This document shows, piece by piece, positions 10,494 through 20,611 of a stretch of DNA of 64,000 bases. Origin of the DNA: an uncultured Bacillota bacterium (GTDB lineage Bacteria > Bacillota_I > Bacilli_A > RFN20 > CAG-449); NCBI GenBank assembly GCA_905204225.1, contig CAJKZK010000001.1:4506-68505 (forward strand). Direction: 5' to 3'. A program made the position numbers and the translations under genes. Every line of letters starts with the position of its first letter. Position 1 is the first letter of the stretch. Under the pieces are notes generated by a model that was given only the letters and a program-made list of their open reading frames with translations, did no database searches and had not been told where the DNA came from.

Positions 10494-10868
10494 ATGGTTC
10501 AAAATGAAACAAATATGGTTGTCGCTGACAACTCAGGTGCTAAATCTGTCCGTATCTTCCGTCTTTATGGCGGTTCAAAAAGAAAATCTTCAACAATTGG
10601 TGATATCGTTCTTTGCTCAGTAAAGTCTGCTATTCCAAATGCTAAAGTTAAAAAGGGTGATGTCGTTAAGGCAGTTATCGTTAGAACTAAAAAAGGTATT
10701 AACCGTGAAAATGGTTCATACATTGCATTCGATGATAATGCAGTTGTCTTAATTAATGAAGATGGATCCCCACGTGGAACACGTGTCTTTGGACCTGTTG
10801 CTCGTGAACTTCGTGATAAGGGAGAAGGATTTATGAAAATAGTTTCTCTCGCTCTTGAAGTATTATAA
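10494..10868 (+). CDS. rplN: 50S ribosomal protein L14
   Basis: L14 sequence. Confidence 0.95.
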   Translation: MVQNETNMVVADNSGAKSVRIFRLYGGSKRKSSTIGDIVLCSVKSAIPNAKVKKGDVVKAVIVRTKKGINRENGSYIAFDDNAVVLINEDGSPRGTRVFGPVARELRDKGEGFMKIVSLALEVL

Positions 10869-10880
10869 GGAGGAAATGAA

Positions 10881-11189
10881 ATGAAAATTAAAAAAGGTGA
10901 TAAAGTAATCGTTATCGCTGGTAGCGATAAAGGTACTGTTGGAACAGTTCAAAAAGCATTTCCAAAATTAAATAAAGTCGTAGTTGAAGGTGTTAATATT
11001 CATAAAAAACATCAAAAACCAAGACAAAATAATCCAGAAGGATCAATCGTTGAAATTTATGCTCCAATTGATGTATCAAATGTAGCAATTTACGATGCAA
11101 AAACAAAAAAAGCAAGTCGTGTTGGTTACAGCTTTGTAGATGGCAAAAAAGTCCGTATATCAAAAGCTAGTAAGACACAATTAGATTAA
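10881..11189 (+). CDS. rplX: 50S ribosomal protein L24
   Basis: L24 KOW motif. Confidence 0.94.
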   Translation: MKIKKGDKVIVIAGSDKGTVGTVQKAFPKLNKVVVEGVNIHKKHQKPRQNNPEGSIVEIYAPIDVSNVAIYDAKTKKASRVGYSFVDGKKVRISKASKTQLD

Positions 11190-11200
11190 GGAGGTCAACC

Positions 11201-11758
11201 ATGGCAGAACAAAAATATGTTGCTCGTTTAAAAGATAAATATACGAGTGAAATTGTTCCAGCATTAGTCAAAAAATATGGCTACACAAGTGTTATGCAAG
11301 TTCCACATATGGAAAAAATAGTTATTAACATTGGTGTTGGTGATGCTACTGCAAATTCTAAGTTGCTTGATGATGCAGTTAATGATTTAACTGTTATCGC
11401 TGGACAAAAACCACAAATTACAAAATCAAAGAAATCAATCGCATCATTTAAATTAAGAGCTAACCAAGCAATTGGTTGTAAAGTAACTCTTAGAGGAAAT
11501 AGAATGTATGAATTCTTAGATAAATTAATTTCAATTTCTTTACCTCGTGTAAGAGATTTCCGTGGAGTTAGCAAAAATGCTTTCGATGGAAGAGGTAACT
11601 ACACATTAGGTGTTAAAGAACAATTAATTTTCCCTGAAATCGATTATGATAAAATTGGAAAATTAAGAGGTATGGATATTGTTATGGTTACAACGGCTAA
11701 TACTGATGAAGAAGCATATTCACTTCTTGAAATGCTTGGTATGCCGTTTGGTAAGTAG
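11201..11758 (+). CDS. rplE: 50S ribosomal protein L5
   Basis: L5 sequence. Confidence 0.95.
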   Translation: MAEQKYVARLKDKYTSEIVPALVKKYGYTSVMQVPHMEKIVINIGVGDATANSKLLDDAVNDLTVIAGQKPQITKSKKSIASFKLRANQAIGCKVTLRGNRMYEFLDKLISISLPRVRDFRGVSKNAFDGRGNYTLGVKEQLIFPEIDYDKIGKLRGMDIVMVTTANTDEEAYSLLEMLGMPFGK

Positions 11759-11769
11759 GAGGAAAGAAT

Positions 11770-11955
11770 ATGGCAAAAACAAGTATTAAAGTTCGTTGCG
11801 CCCGCCCACAAAAATATAAAGTAAGAGAATATACAAGATGCTCACGTTGTGGACGTCCTCACTCAGTAATTTCAAAATTCGGTATATGCCGTATTTGCCT
11901 TAGAGAATTAGCTTATAAAGGCGAAATCCCAGGAATGAAAAAATCATCTTGGTAA
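11770..11955 (+). CDS. rpsZ: 30S ribosomal protein S14 type Z (zinc-binding, 61 aa)
   Basis: CxxC...CxxC short S14. Confidence 0.93.
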   Translation: MAKTSIKVRCARPQKYKVREYTRCSRCGRPHSVISKFGICRICLRELAYKGEIPGMKKSSW

Positions 11956-11977
11956 TTAGAAGGAGGGAAATATTAAT

Positions 11978-12373
11978 ATGTCAATGACAGATCCAGTAGC
12001 AGATATGCTCACAAGAATCCGCAACGCAAATGCTAATAAAGCTGCAACAGTTGCAATGCCTTCTTCAAATCTCAAGGTTCATATTGCTGAAATCTTAAAA
12101 GAAGAAGGATTCATCGTTGATTTTATGGTCGATGGTGATGCTAAAAAAGAATTAACAATTACATTAAAATATACTGAAGATGGAACACGTGCTATTACAG
12201 GCTTAAAGAGAATCTCAAAACCTGGTTTACGTGTTAATGCTTCAAGTGATAAATTACCAAAGGTTTTAAATGGTTTAGGTATTGCTATTATTTCTACATC
12301 ACAAGGATTAATGACTGATAGCAAAGCTCGTAAAGCAAAAATCGGTGGCGAAGTTATCGCTTATGTTTGGTAA
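11978..12373 (+). CDS. rpsH: 30S ribosomal protein S8
   Basis: S8 sequence. Confidence 0.95.
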   Translation: MSMTDPVADMLTRIRNANANKAATVAMPSSNLKVHIAEILKEEGFIVDFMVDGDAKKELTITLKYTEDGTRAITGLKRISKPGLRVNASSDKLPKVLNGLGIAIISTSQGLMTDSKARKAKIGGEVIAYVW

Positions 12374-12390
12374 GAGAGGAGATATTTAAT

Positions 12391-12954
12391 ATGTCACGTA
12401 TTGGAAAAAAAGTTATCGTTCTCCCAACAAATGTTACAGTTCATTTTGAAGGTTCAAAAGTTACTTGTAAAGGACCTAAAGGTGAATTAAGTCATGAATT
12501 TAATCCAGCTATGAAATTTGAACTTGATGGTCAACATTTATCAGTTGTTAGACCTGATGATTCAAAAGAAATGAAAGAACTTCATGGAACAACAAGAGCT
12601 ATATTAAATAATATGGTTCATGGCGTTTCAGAAGGATTTAGTAAAAAACTTCTCATTAATGGTATTGGTTATCGTGCTGCAATGAGAGGAAAAACTTTAG
12701 TTCTTAACATGGGTTATTCTCATGAAGTATTAGTTGAACCAGTTGAAGGTATTGAATATAAATTATTCGAAAAATCAGTTGGAACAAGCAAAACACAAGG
12801 AATTGAAGTCTTTGGTATTGATAAACAAGTAGTTGGCCAAATGGCTGCTGAAATCAGAGCGGTTCGTGAACCTGAACCATACTTAGGTAAAGGTATCAAG
12901 TACGAAAATGAAGTTATCCTCCGTAAGGAAGGTAAACGTGCTGGTAAAAAGTAG
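12391..12954 (+). CDS. rplF: 50S ribosomal protein L6. Start taken at the ATG at 12391 (MSRIGKK), which follows RBS AGAGAGGAG; the track start at 12367 overlaps rpsH.
   Basis: L6 sequence. RBS position. Confidence 0.93.
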   Translation: MSRIGKKVIVLPTNVTVHFEGSKVTCKGPKGELSHEFNPAMKFELDGQHLSVVRPDDSKEMKELHGTTRAILNNMVHGVSEGFSKKLLINGIGYRAAMRGKTLVLNMGYSHEVLVEPVEGIEYKLFEKSVGTSKTQGIEVFGIDKQVVGQMAAEIRAVREPEPYLGKGIKYENEVILRKEGKRAGKK

Positions 12955-12985
12955 GAATTTGCTCAAATAAGGAGAAATAGGAACT

Positions 12986-13342
12986 ATGATTAATAAGGAA
13001 TCTAAAAATGTAAGTCGTGTTAGACGTCATGCTCGTGTTAGAGCAAAGATTTCTGGCACTGCTGATTGCCCACGTTTGAGTGTATATCGTTCAAATAAAA
13101 ATATACATGCACAAATTATTGATGATGTTAAAGGTGTAACTTTATGTTCTGCATCATCACTTCAATTAAAATTAACAAATGGTGGAAATATTGAAGCTGC
13201 AAAACAAGTTGGTGCAGCTGTCGCAAAAGCTGCTTTAGAAGCAGGAATCACAAAAGTTGTCTTTGATCGTTCTGGATATATTTATCATGGACGTATTGAA
13301 GCTTTAGCAAATGCAGCTCGTGAAGCTGGATTAAAATTCTAG
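12986..13342 (+). CDS. rplR: 50S ribosomal protein L18
   Basis: L18 sequence. Confidence 0.94.
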   Translation: MINKESKNVSRVRRHARVRAKISGTADCPRLSVYRSNKNIHAQIIDDVKGVTLCSASSLQLKLTNGGNIEAAKQVGAAVAKAALEAGITKVVFDRSGYIYHGRIEALANAAREAGLKF

Positions 13343-13356
13343 GAGGATTAGTAAAA

Positions 13357-13959
13357 ATGGCAGAAGAACAAAAAGTAGTTACTCCAGAAGTAACAGAAAA
13401 AGCTCCTGAGCAAGCAACAAAAGCTCCTAGAGAAAACAAAGGAAATCGTAAACCTAACGGAAAAGGACCTCGTAAATTTAACAAAGGTGCTAAACGTGAA
13501 GAAAAATTATACGAAGAAAGAGTTGTTGCAATCAATCGTGTATCTAAAACTGTTAAAGGTGGACGTCATATGCGTTTCGCTGTATTAATGGTTATTGGTG
13601 ATGGAAAAGGTAATTTTGGTTTCGGAACTGGCAAAGCTGGCGAAGTACCAGAAGCAATCAAAAAAGCATTAGCAGCAGCTAAAAATAACATGTATCATAT
13701 TAACATTGTTAAAGGTGGTACAGTTCCACATGATGTTATGGGTGAATACTCAGCATCAAAAGTTTACTTAAAACCAGCTAAAGAAGGTACTGGTATCATC
13801 GCTGGTGGTCCAGTTCGTGCTGTCTTAGAATTAGCAGGTATTAAGAACATCGTTTCAAAAGTTTATGGTTCAAGAACACCTATTAACTGTATTCGTGCTA
13901 CTATAAACGGTCTTAACTCAATGAAAACAGTTGCTCAAGTTGAAGCAATTCGTAAATAG
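13357..13959 (+). CDS. rpsE: 30S ribosomal protein S5 with a Lys/Pro-rich N-terminal extension of about 35 aa
   Basis: S5 core sequence. Strong RBS at the annotated start supports the extension. Confidence 0.93.
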   Translation: MAEEQKVVTPEVTEKAPEQATKAPRENKGNRKPNGKGPRKFNKGAKREEKLYEERVVAINRVSKTVKGGRHMRFAVLMVIGDGKGNFGFGTGKAGEVPEAIKKALAAAKNNMYHINIVKGGTVPHDVMGEYSASKVYLKPAKEGTGIIAGGPVRAVLELAGIKNIVSKVYGSRTPINCIRATINGLNSMKTVAQVEAIRK

Positions 13960-13971
13960 GAGGTAGCTATA

Positions 13972-14415
13972 ATGAAACTTAATGAATTAACATTTACTGC
14001 TGGTTCACGCTACCAAGCAAAAAGAAAATGCCGTGGCTTAGGATCTGGCAAAGGAAAAAATGGTGGATCTGGAGTTAAAGGTCAAAAATCTAGAAGTGGT
14101 GGTGGAGTTCGTCTTGGATTTGAAGGTGGACAAAACCCATTATATAGAAGACTTCCAAAAAGAGGTTTCCACAACTTTACATCTACAGAATATGCAATTG
14201 TTAATGTTGCAGATTTAAATAGATTTGAAGATGGAACTAAAGTCACTCCAACACTTTTAGTTGAAGCTGGATTAGTTAAGAGAAATACTAACGGCGGAAT
14301 TAAAATTTTAGGAAATGGTAAATTAGAACATCAACTTACAGTCTCTGCAAATAAATTCTCAAAATCTGCAGAAGAAGCAATTAAAGCTGCTGGCGGTACA
14401 GTAGAGGTTCTATAA
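13972..14415 (+). CDS. rplO: 50S ribosomal protein L15. It follows rpsE directly with no rpmD (L30) gene in between.
   Basis: L15 sequence. Confidence 0.94.
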   Translation: MKLNELTFTAGSRYQAKRKCRGLGSGKGKNGGSGVKGQKSRSGGGVRLGFEGGQNPLYRRLPKRGFHNFTSTEYAIVNVADLNRFEDGTKVTPTLLVEAGLVKRNTNGGIKILGNGKLEHQLTVSANKFSKSAEEAIKAAGGTVEVL

Positions 14416-14416
14416 T

Positions 14417-15760
14417 ATGAAGAAACTCGTAGCCATATTTAGAAATAAAGACATTCGTGATCGTATATTGTTTACATTAGGAATAATATTGATCTTTAGA
14501 ATTGGTGCTTCTATTTCTGTTCCAGGTGTAACAATATCTAATGAGGCAATGGATACAAATAACGTTTTGGCGTTAATGAATCTTATGGGAGGTGGAGCTT
14601 TACAAAACTTCTCATTATTCGCTCTAGGTGTCTCTCCATATATTACATCATCAATTATTATTCAATTACTTTCAATGGATGTTCTTCCTGTCTTTACTGA
14701 GCTTTCTAAGCAAGGGCAAACTGGAAGAAAAAAGATTGAAATGGCTACTCGTTATTTAACATTAGTTCTTGGTGCTGTTCAGGCCTATGGTATTACAGTT
14801 ACCATGCAGAATTCAGAATCAATTACATTAAATGATACTAGCATTTGGGGATATATAAAAATTTGTATATTCTTAATTGCTGGATCAATGTTAGTAATGT
14901 GGATGGCTGACCAAATTACGACAAAAGGTATTGGAAACGGCGTATCAATGATTATCTTTATTGGTATTATCGCCTCATTACCAAATCAAATCTATAGCGC
15001 TTTATCTTATTTCTTTGGAAGTGAATTAAAAACAGGTGATGAAGCTTTAATTATAAGAGGTGCTATAAAAGTTCTTATATATATTATTGCTTATTTAGTT
15101 ATTGTTCTCTTTGTTGCATTTGTTGAAAAGTCAATTCGTAAGATTCCTGTTCAACACTCAAACAAAGGTGGAGCATTAAATGCTAAAGTTAATAATACCT
15201 CATTCTTGCCTATTAAAATTAATAGTGCTGGTGTTATCCCTGTTATCTTTGCTTCATCTCTTATGATGGCACCTGCAGTTATAGTTGGTTTCTGTGTTTC
15301 TGAAACTAACGCAACTATTGATAACATCTTAAAAGTATTTACAAACTCTGCTTTAACAGAAATGCCTTGGTTTAATGATCAAGTATGGTATATGCCTTGG
15401 GGTTTAATAATTTATATTGTTTTAACCTTTGCATTCTCATTCTTTTATTCAAATCTTACAATTAATCCAGAAAGATTAGCTGAAGATTTCCAAAAGAGTG
15501 GATCTTATATTCCTGGAATTAGACCTGGTAACGAAACTGAAAGATATATTCAAAAAGTATTAAATAGAGTTACCTTTATAGGTGCTACTGCTTTAACACT
15601 TATTGCAGCACTTCCTGTTGTATTAACTTTATGTAATGTGGTTCCTCAATCACTTGCATTAGGTGGAACAGGTATGATTATTGTTGTTGGTGTTGCACTT
15701 GAAACAATGTCTCAAATTGATGGCTTGCTTGCTTCAAATGAGCATGCTAATGTTATATAG
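14417..15760 (+). CDS. secY: Preprotein translocase subunit SecY
   Basis: 10-TM SecY sequence. Operon position. Confidence 0.95.
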   Translation: MKKLVAIFRNKDIRDRILFTLGIILIFRIGASISVPGVTISNEAMDTNNVLALMNLMGGGALQNFSLFALGVSPYITSSIIIQLLSMDVLPVFTELSKQGQTGRKKIEMATRYLTLVLGAVQAYGITVTMQNSESITLNDTSIWGYIKICIFLIAGSMLVMWMADQITTKGIGNGVSMIIFIGIIASLPNQIYSALSYFFGSELKTGDEALIIRGAIKVLIYIIAYLVIVLFVAFVEKSIRKIPVQHSNKGGALNAKVNNTSFLPIKINSAGVIPVIFASSLMMAPAVIVGFCVSETNATIDNILKVFTNSALTEMPWFNDQVWYMPWGLIIYIVLTFAFSFFYSNLTINPERLAEDFQKSGSYIPGIRPGNETERYIQKVLNRVTFIGATALTLIAALPVVLTLCNVVPQSLALGGTGMIIVVGVALETMSQIDGLLASNEHANVI

Positions 15761-15771
15761 GAGTTTGAAAA

Positions 15772-16422
15772 ATGCATAATATGATTATTATGGGTCCTCC
15801 TGGAGCAGGTAAAGGGACTCAATCAGAAAAGATTATTGCTCATTATAATATCCCTCATATTTCAACTGGTGATATGTTTAGAGCAGCTATTGCTAACAAA
15901 ACTGAATTAGGTTTATTAGCAGAATCTTATATAAAGAAGGGATTACTTGTCCCTGACGAAGTAACAATCGGTTTAGTGAAAGAAAGACTTTCTCAAGACG
16001 ATTGTAAGAATGGTTATTTACTTGATGGCTTCCCAAGAACAATTGCTCAAGCGGAAGCTTTGAAGGTTTTAACAAAAGATATAGCAAGAGAAGTTAATGT
16101 TGTTATTAATTTAGCTTGCGACCCTTCTGTATTAATTGGAAGAATATCTGGTAGAAGAGTTTGCAAAAAGTGTGGAAATTCATATCACATTGAAACTAAA
16201 AAACCATTAGTTGAAGGTGTATGTGACGCATGTGGTGAACCTTTAATCCAAAGACCTGATGATACAGAAGAAGCATTAAAGGTCAGACTTGATGCTTATG
16301 AAAACCAAACTAAACCTTTAATAGAATTTTATAAAAATGAAGGACTATTAAAAGAAGTAAATGGTTTAAAAGGCATTAACGATGTCTTTGGTGATATTAA
16401 AGATATTCTTGAAGGAAAATAA
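15772..16422 (+). CDS. adk: Adenylate kinase with a zinc-binding lid (CxxC...CxxC)
   Basis: P-loop GPPGAGKGTQ. Lid cysteines. Confidence 0.95.
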   Translation: MHNMIIMGPPGAGKGTQSEKIIAHYNIPHISTGDMFRAAIANKTELGLLAESYIKKGLLVPDEVTIGLVKERLSQDDCKNGYLLDGFPRTIAQAEALKVLTKDIAREVNVVINLACDPSVLIGRISGRRVCKKCGNSYHIETKKPLVEGVCDACGEPLIQRPDDTEEALKVRLDAYENQTKPLIEFYKNEGLLKEVNGLKGINDVFGDIKDILEGK

Positions 16423-16423
16423 A

Positions 16424-17170
16424 ATGATTATTATCAAATCGCAAAGAGAAATTAATTTGATGCGAGAAGCTGGTAGAATCGTTGCCCAAGTATTTGATGA
16501 ATTAGAAAAGTTTATTGTTCCAGGCGTTACAACAAAACAAATTTCTCAAAAAGCTGAGAAAATAATGCGTGACGCTGGAGCAATTCCTGCTTCTAAAGGT
16601 TATGAAGGGTTTCCAGAAGCAATTTGTACATCTATTAATGATGTTATTGTTCATGGAATTCCTAATAATACAAAATTAAAAGAGGGTGACATTGTATCAT
16701 GCGATATTGTAGCAACTTTTCAAGGATATAATGGTGATGCTTGTAGAACATACCGTGTTGGAAAAGTATCTAGTGAAGCTGATAAATTAGTTAGAGTCAC
16801 AGAAGAATGCTTACAAGAAGGTTTGAAATTTGCAAAACCAGGTAATCACCTATCTGACATCTCTGCAGCAATACAAAAACATGCTGAAGAAAATGGATAT
16901 TCGGTTGTTAGAGAGTTCACAGGTCATGGAATTGGTAGACAAATGCATGAAGATCCAATAATTCCAAATTATGGTGAACCAGGTCATGGACCAATATTAA
17001 AAGAAGGTATGACTTTAGCAATTGAGCCAATGGTACTCCAAGGTCAAAAAGAATGTAGAGTTCTTAATGATGGTTGGACTACAAAAACTTTAGATGGGAA
17101 ATTAGCTGCCCATCACGAAAATACAATCGTTATTACTAAAGAGGGTTATGAAATCCTCACAAAACTTTGA
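16424..17170 (+). CDS. map: Methionine aminopeptidase type I. Start taken at the ATG at 16424 (MIIIKSQ), immediately after the adk stop.
   Basis: MetAP-I motifs. The longer track ORF overlaps adk. Confidence 0.92.
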   Translation: MIIIKSQREINLMREAGRIVAQVFDELEKFIVPGVTTKQISQKAEKIMRDAGAIPASKGYEGFPEAICTSINDVIVHGIPNNTKLKEGDIVSCDIVATFQGYNGDACRTYRVGKVSSEADKLVRVTEECLQEGLKFAKPGNHLSDISAAIQKHAEENGYSVVREFTGHGIGRQMHEDPIIPNYGEPGHGPILKEGMTLAIEPMVLQGQKECRVLNDGWTTKTLDGKLAAHHENTIVITKEGYEILTKL

Positions 17171-17188
17171 AAAAAGGAGATTTAGTTG

Positions 17189-17407
17189 ATGGCTAAAGAA
17201 GATGTCATTGAAGTTGAGGCGGTAGTCGTTGAGAACTTACCAAACACAATGTTTAGAGTAAGACTTGAAAACGGTATCGAGATGCTTGCCAATGTTTCTG
17301 GTAAAATCCGCATGAATTACATACGCATTTTACCAGGTGATAGAGTCACGGTAGCAATATCGCCTTACGATTTAACACATGGCAGAATTACATTTAGATA
17401 CAAATAA
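17189..17407 (+). CDS. infA: Translation initiation factor IF-1
   Basis: IF-1 S1-like sequence. RBS AAGGAGA 7 nt upstream of the ATG at 17189. Confidence 0.93.
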   Translation: MAKEDVIEVEAVVVENLPNTMFRVRLENGIEMLANVSGKIRMNYIRILPGDRVTVAISPYDLTHGRITFRYK

Positions 17408-17430
17408 GTATCAATTAGGAGGAATTTATT

Positions 17431-17544
17431 ATGAAAGTAAGACCTTCAGTAAAACCAATTTGTGACAAGTGCAAGGTTATTAAAAGAAATGGCAAAGTAA
17501 TGGTCATTTGTGTCAATCCAAAGCACAAACAAAGACAAGGTTAA
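17431..17544 (+). CDS. rpmJ: 50S ribosomal protein L36 (37 aa; absent from the ORF track)
   Basis: [46 protein letters not shown]. Confidence 0.93.
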   Translation: MKVRPSVKPICDKCKVIKRNGKVMVICVNPKHKQRQG

Positions 17545-17563
17545 TTTTAGGAGGAAATGAAAA

Positions 17564-17938
17564 ATGGCACGTATTGTTGGTGTAGATATACCAAATGATA
17601 AGCGTGTAGTGGTCTCTTTAACTTACATTTATGGTGTTGGACCATCTATTGCTAAAAAAGTTTTAGCAACATGTGGTATTTCAGAAGATGTTAGAGTTAA
17701 AAACTTAAGTGAAGAGCAACTCACTGCAATCAGAAATGAAATCAGTAAAATTAAAGTCGAAGGCGATTTAAGAAGAGAAATCTCAATGAACATTAAACGT
17801 CTTCAAGAAATTGGATGCTATCGTGGTATCCGTCATAGAAAAGGTCTTCCTGTACGTGGACAAAGAACAAAAAATAATGCTCGTACAAGAAAAGGACCAA
17901 AGAAAACGATTGCTAATAAGAAGAAAGCAAGCGCTTAA
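17564..17938 (+). CDS. rpsM: 30S ribosomal protein S13
   Basis: S13 sequence. Confidence 0.95.
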   Translation: MARIVGVDIPNDKRVVVSLTYIYGVGPSIAKKVLATCGISEDVRVKNLSEEQLTAIRNEISKIKVEGDLRREISMNIKRLQEIGCYRGIRHRKGLPVRGQRTKNNARTRKGPKKTIANKKKASA

Positions 17939-17959
17939 TAGGGAAAGGAGATTTGATTT

Positions 17960-18358
17960 ATGGCAGCAAATAAAAAAGCAGCAACTCCTCGTAAGAAAAA
18001 AGTTAAAAGAGCTTTTTCTAAAGGCGTTGCACACATTCACTCAACTTTCAATAACACTATCGTCACAATTTCTGACGAAGCAGGTAATGTTATAGCATGG
18101 TCATCTGCTGGTGCTATGGGATATAAAGGTGCTAAAAAATCTACACCTTTCGCAGCTCAACAAGCAGCTGAAGCTTGTGCAAAAGTTGCAGTTGATCAAG
18201 GATTAACAGCAGTTGATGTTGATGTTAAAGGACCTGGCCCAGGTCGTGAATCAGCTTTAAGAAGCTTACAAGCAGCTGGTTTACAAGTTCAAACAATTAC
18301 TGATACGACACCAATCCCACATAATGGATGTCGTCCACCAAAACGCCCACGTGGTTAG
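17960..18358 (+). CDS. rpsK: 30S ribosomal protein S11
   Basis: S11 sequence. Confidence 0.95.
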   Translation: MAANKKAATPRKKKVKRAFSKGVAHIHSTFNNTIVTISDEAGNVIAWSSAGAMGYKGAKKSTPFAAQQAAEACAKVAVDQGLTAVDVDVKGPGPGRESALRSLQAAGLQVQTITDTTPIPHNGCRPPKRPRG

Positions 18359-18420
18359 TATGGTAAATTTGAAGTAAATATAAATTTTCAAAATTTCAAA
18401 TGAACCAGGGAGGAAAATTG

Positions 18421-19371
18421 ATGAAAAAATTTGAAAAACCAGAATTCAACATTGCAACATTTGATGTTGCAACTAATGTAGGAAAATTCTCAATTGAACC
18501 ACTTGAACGTGGCTTTGGTACAACTCTTGGTAATGCATTGAGAAGAGTATTATTATCTTCTCTTCCAGGTGCAAGTGTTTTCGCTGTCGAAGTAGAAGGA
18601 GCTCGCCATGAGTTCTCTTCATTAGACGGTATCAAAGAAGATGTTACTGAAATTATTCTTAATCTTAAAAATTTAGTTTTAAAAATTGATGATGATTCAG
18701 AAGCAACTCATAAATTATATATTGATGTCCAAGGACCTGCTGTTATAACAGCTAAAGACATCAAATGTGAATCAGGCGTAAGCGTTGTTAATGAAGATCT
18801 TGTTATTGCTCATGCAAATGAAGAAGGTCATTTAGTTATGACAATCTATGCAAGAAATGGCAGAGGTTATGTAACAGCAGAAGGAAATAAAAATAAAAGT
18901 TTTCCAATTGGTATGATTCCAACTGATTCTAATTATTCTCCAATCACAAAAGTACAATATGATGTACAAGCTTCACGTGTTGGACAAAAAACATCTTACG
19001 ATCGTTTAGATATGGAAATTACCACAAATGGTTCTATGCTTCCACAAGAAGCTATATCATTAGCAGCAAAAATTTTAGTCGCTCACTTTGACTTATTTGT
19101 TGGCTTAACAGAAATTGCTAAATCAACAGATGTTCTTGCTGATAAAGTTGAAGAACCTAAGAATAAATATCAAGATATGACAATCGATGAACTTGATTTA
19201 TCTGTTCGTTCATATAACTGTTTAAAGAGAGCTTCTATTGCTACAGTAATGGAATTAACTCAAAAAACAGAAGAAGATATGATGAAAGTCAAAAATCTTG
19301 GTAAAAAGTCTCTCAAAGAAGTCAAAGAAAAGCTTGCAGCTATTGGTCTTGGCTTCAGAGAATATGAATAA
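18421..19371 (+). CDS. rpoA: DNA-directed RNA polymerase subunit alpha. Start taken at the ATG at 18421, after RBS GGGAGG.
   Basis: RpoA N-terminal and C-terminal domain sequence. Confidence 0.94.
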   Translation: MKKFEKPEFNIATFDVATNVGKFSIEPLERGFGTTLGNALRRVLLSSLPGASVFAVEVEGARHEFSSLDGIKEDVTEIILNLKNLVLKIDDDSEATHKLYIDVQGPAVITAKDIKCESGVSVVNEDLVIAHANEEGHLVMTIYARNGRGYVTAEGNKNKSFPIGMIPTDSNYSPITKVQYDVQASRVGQKTSYDRLDMEITTNGSMLPQEAISLAAKILVAHFDLFVGLTEIAKSTDVLADKVEEPKNKYQDMTIDELDLSVRSYNCLKRASIATVMELTQKTEEDMMKVKNLGKKSLKEVKEKLAAIGLGFREYE

Positions 19372-19382
19372 TAGGAGGCCAA

Positions 19383-19778
19383 ATGGGTACAATAGGACGT
19401 AAAAATGTTCATGGTAAAGGTGGCGTTCGTTTCAAAGCTGGCTTTACTGCAAGTAAGAACAAATCATTATTAAGAAATTTAGTTACTGATTTAATTCAAT
19501 ATGGCAAAGTAGAAACCACTTTAGCAACTGCTAAAGAATTATCACGTTTAGCTGATCGTTTAGTAACATACGGCAAAAAAGGCGATTTAAATTCACGTCG
19601 TTTAGCTGCAGCAATTGTTAGAAATGAAAAAGCTGGTGATGTCACTGCATTAAAGAAATTATTTGATGAAATTGCTCCATCATATAAAGATCGTAATGGC
19701 GGATATACTTCTGTTTTAAAAACAGGTGTCCGTAAAGGTGATAATGCTCCTACAGCATTAATTACTTGGGTTAAGTAA
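19383..19778 (+). CDS. rplQ: 50S ribosomal protein L17
   Basis: L17 sequence. Confidence 0.95.
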   Translation: MGTIGRKNVHGKGGVRFKAGFTASKNKSLLRNLVTDLIQYGKVETTLATAKELSRLADRLVTYGKKGDLNSRRLAAAIVRNEKAGDVTALKKLFDEIAPSYKDRNGGYTSVLKTGVRKGDNAPTALITWVK

Positions 19779-19792
19779 TTATCTTAATTTGT

Positions 19793-19818
19793 AAAACGCA
19801 CTTCGGTGCGTTTTTATT
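19793..19818 (+). terminator. Rho-independent terminator after rplQ (stem CGCAC/GTGCG, loop TTCG, T-run). This is copy 1 of a duplicated 35-nt element.
   Basis: aaaacgcacttcggtgcgtttttattatgcttaaa, read directly from the sequence. Confidence 0.8.
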
Positions 19819-19840
19819 ATGCTTAAAAATAAAACTTAAT

Positions 19841-19871
19841 TTGACAAACTAGACGGGGGGGGGGTTATAAT
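19841..19871 (+). promoter_or_regulatory. Sigma-A-type promoter with perfect TTGACA (19841-19846) and TATAAT (19866-19871) hexamers and a 19-bp spacer containing a G10 tract (19855-19864)
   Basis: Hexamers and homopolymer read directly. Lies about 25 bp upstream of the LytTR regulator start. Confidence 0.6.
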
Positions 19872-19896
19872 TTTGTTAATATTAATGAGGTGTTTA

Positions 19897-20610
19897 ATGA
19901 TTAGGATTGCTATAGTAGATGATGATACTACCGATGCAGAAACATTAGAAAATATTTTAAAAAAATATGAAAAAGAACATTCTAATGTTAATTTTTACAT
20001 TAAAAAATTTTCTACAGCAATTGCTTTTTTAGATAAATATCAACCATTTGATATAGTTTTTATGGATATTGAAATGCCAACAATGACAGGTATGGAAGCA
20101 TGTTATAAACTAAGAGAAATTGATCAAACAATAGCAATTATATTTGTCACAAATATGGCACAATTTGCAGTTGAAGGTTATATTGTTAGAGCATTTGATT
20201 TTGCAGTTAAGCCAATTAGTTATGGTAATTTGGCGTTAAAATTAGATAGAGTAATAGAGTATATTTCTCATTTTACTGGGAAAATAATACATATTAAAAC
20301 ACCTGAAAAAACATTACAAATTTCTTTAGAAGAAATTATTTATATTGATATTTATAATTATATTCTTACATATCATACTATTAATGATAAAATCGATGTA
20401 ACTACTACAAGCTTATTAGATATAGAAAAACAATTAATAAATTATGGATTTTTTAAAATCAATAGAAGTACAATAGTTAATCTAAAATATATAAAATCTG
20501 TTAAAGATACATTAGTTGATGTTAATGGTAATATTTTAACTTTATCAAGAAGAAGAAAAAAAGAATTTATGGAAAAATTAACAGAATATTTTGGAGAAAG
20601 CAATATTTAA
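19897..20610 (+). CDS. LytTR-family response regulator (receiver domain plus LytTR DNA-binding domain). Start taken at the ATG at 19897 (MIRIAIVDDD).
   Basis: Receiver aspartate context IVFMDIEMP. C-terminal LytTR-like region. RBS GAGG. Confidence 0.8.
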   Translation: MIRIAIVDDDTTDAETLENILKKYEKEHSNVNFYIKKFSTAIAFLDKYQPFDIVFMDIEMPTMTGMEACYKLREIDQTIAIIFVTNMAQFAVEGYIVRAFDFAVKPISYGNLALKLDRVIEYISHFTGKIIHIKTPEKTLQISLEEIIYIDIYNYILTYHTINDKIDVTTTSLLDIEKQLINYGFFKINRSTIVNLKYIKSVKDTLVDVNGNILTLSRRRKKEFMEKLTEYFGESNI

Positions 20611-20611
20611 T

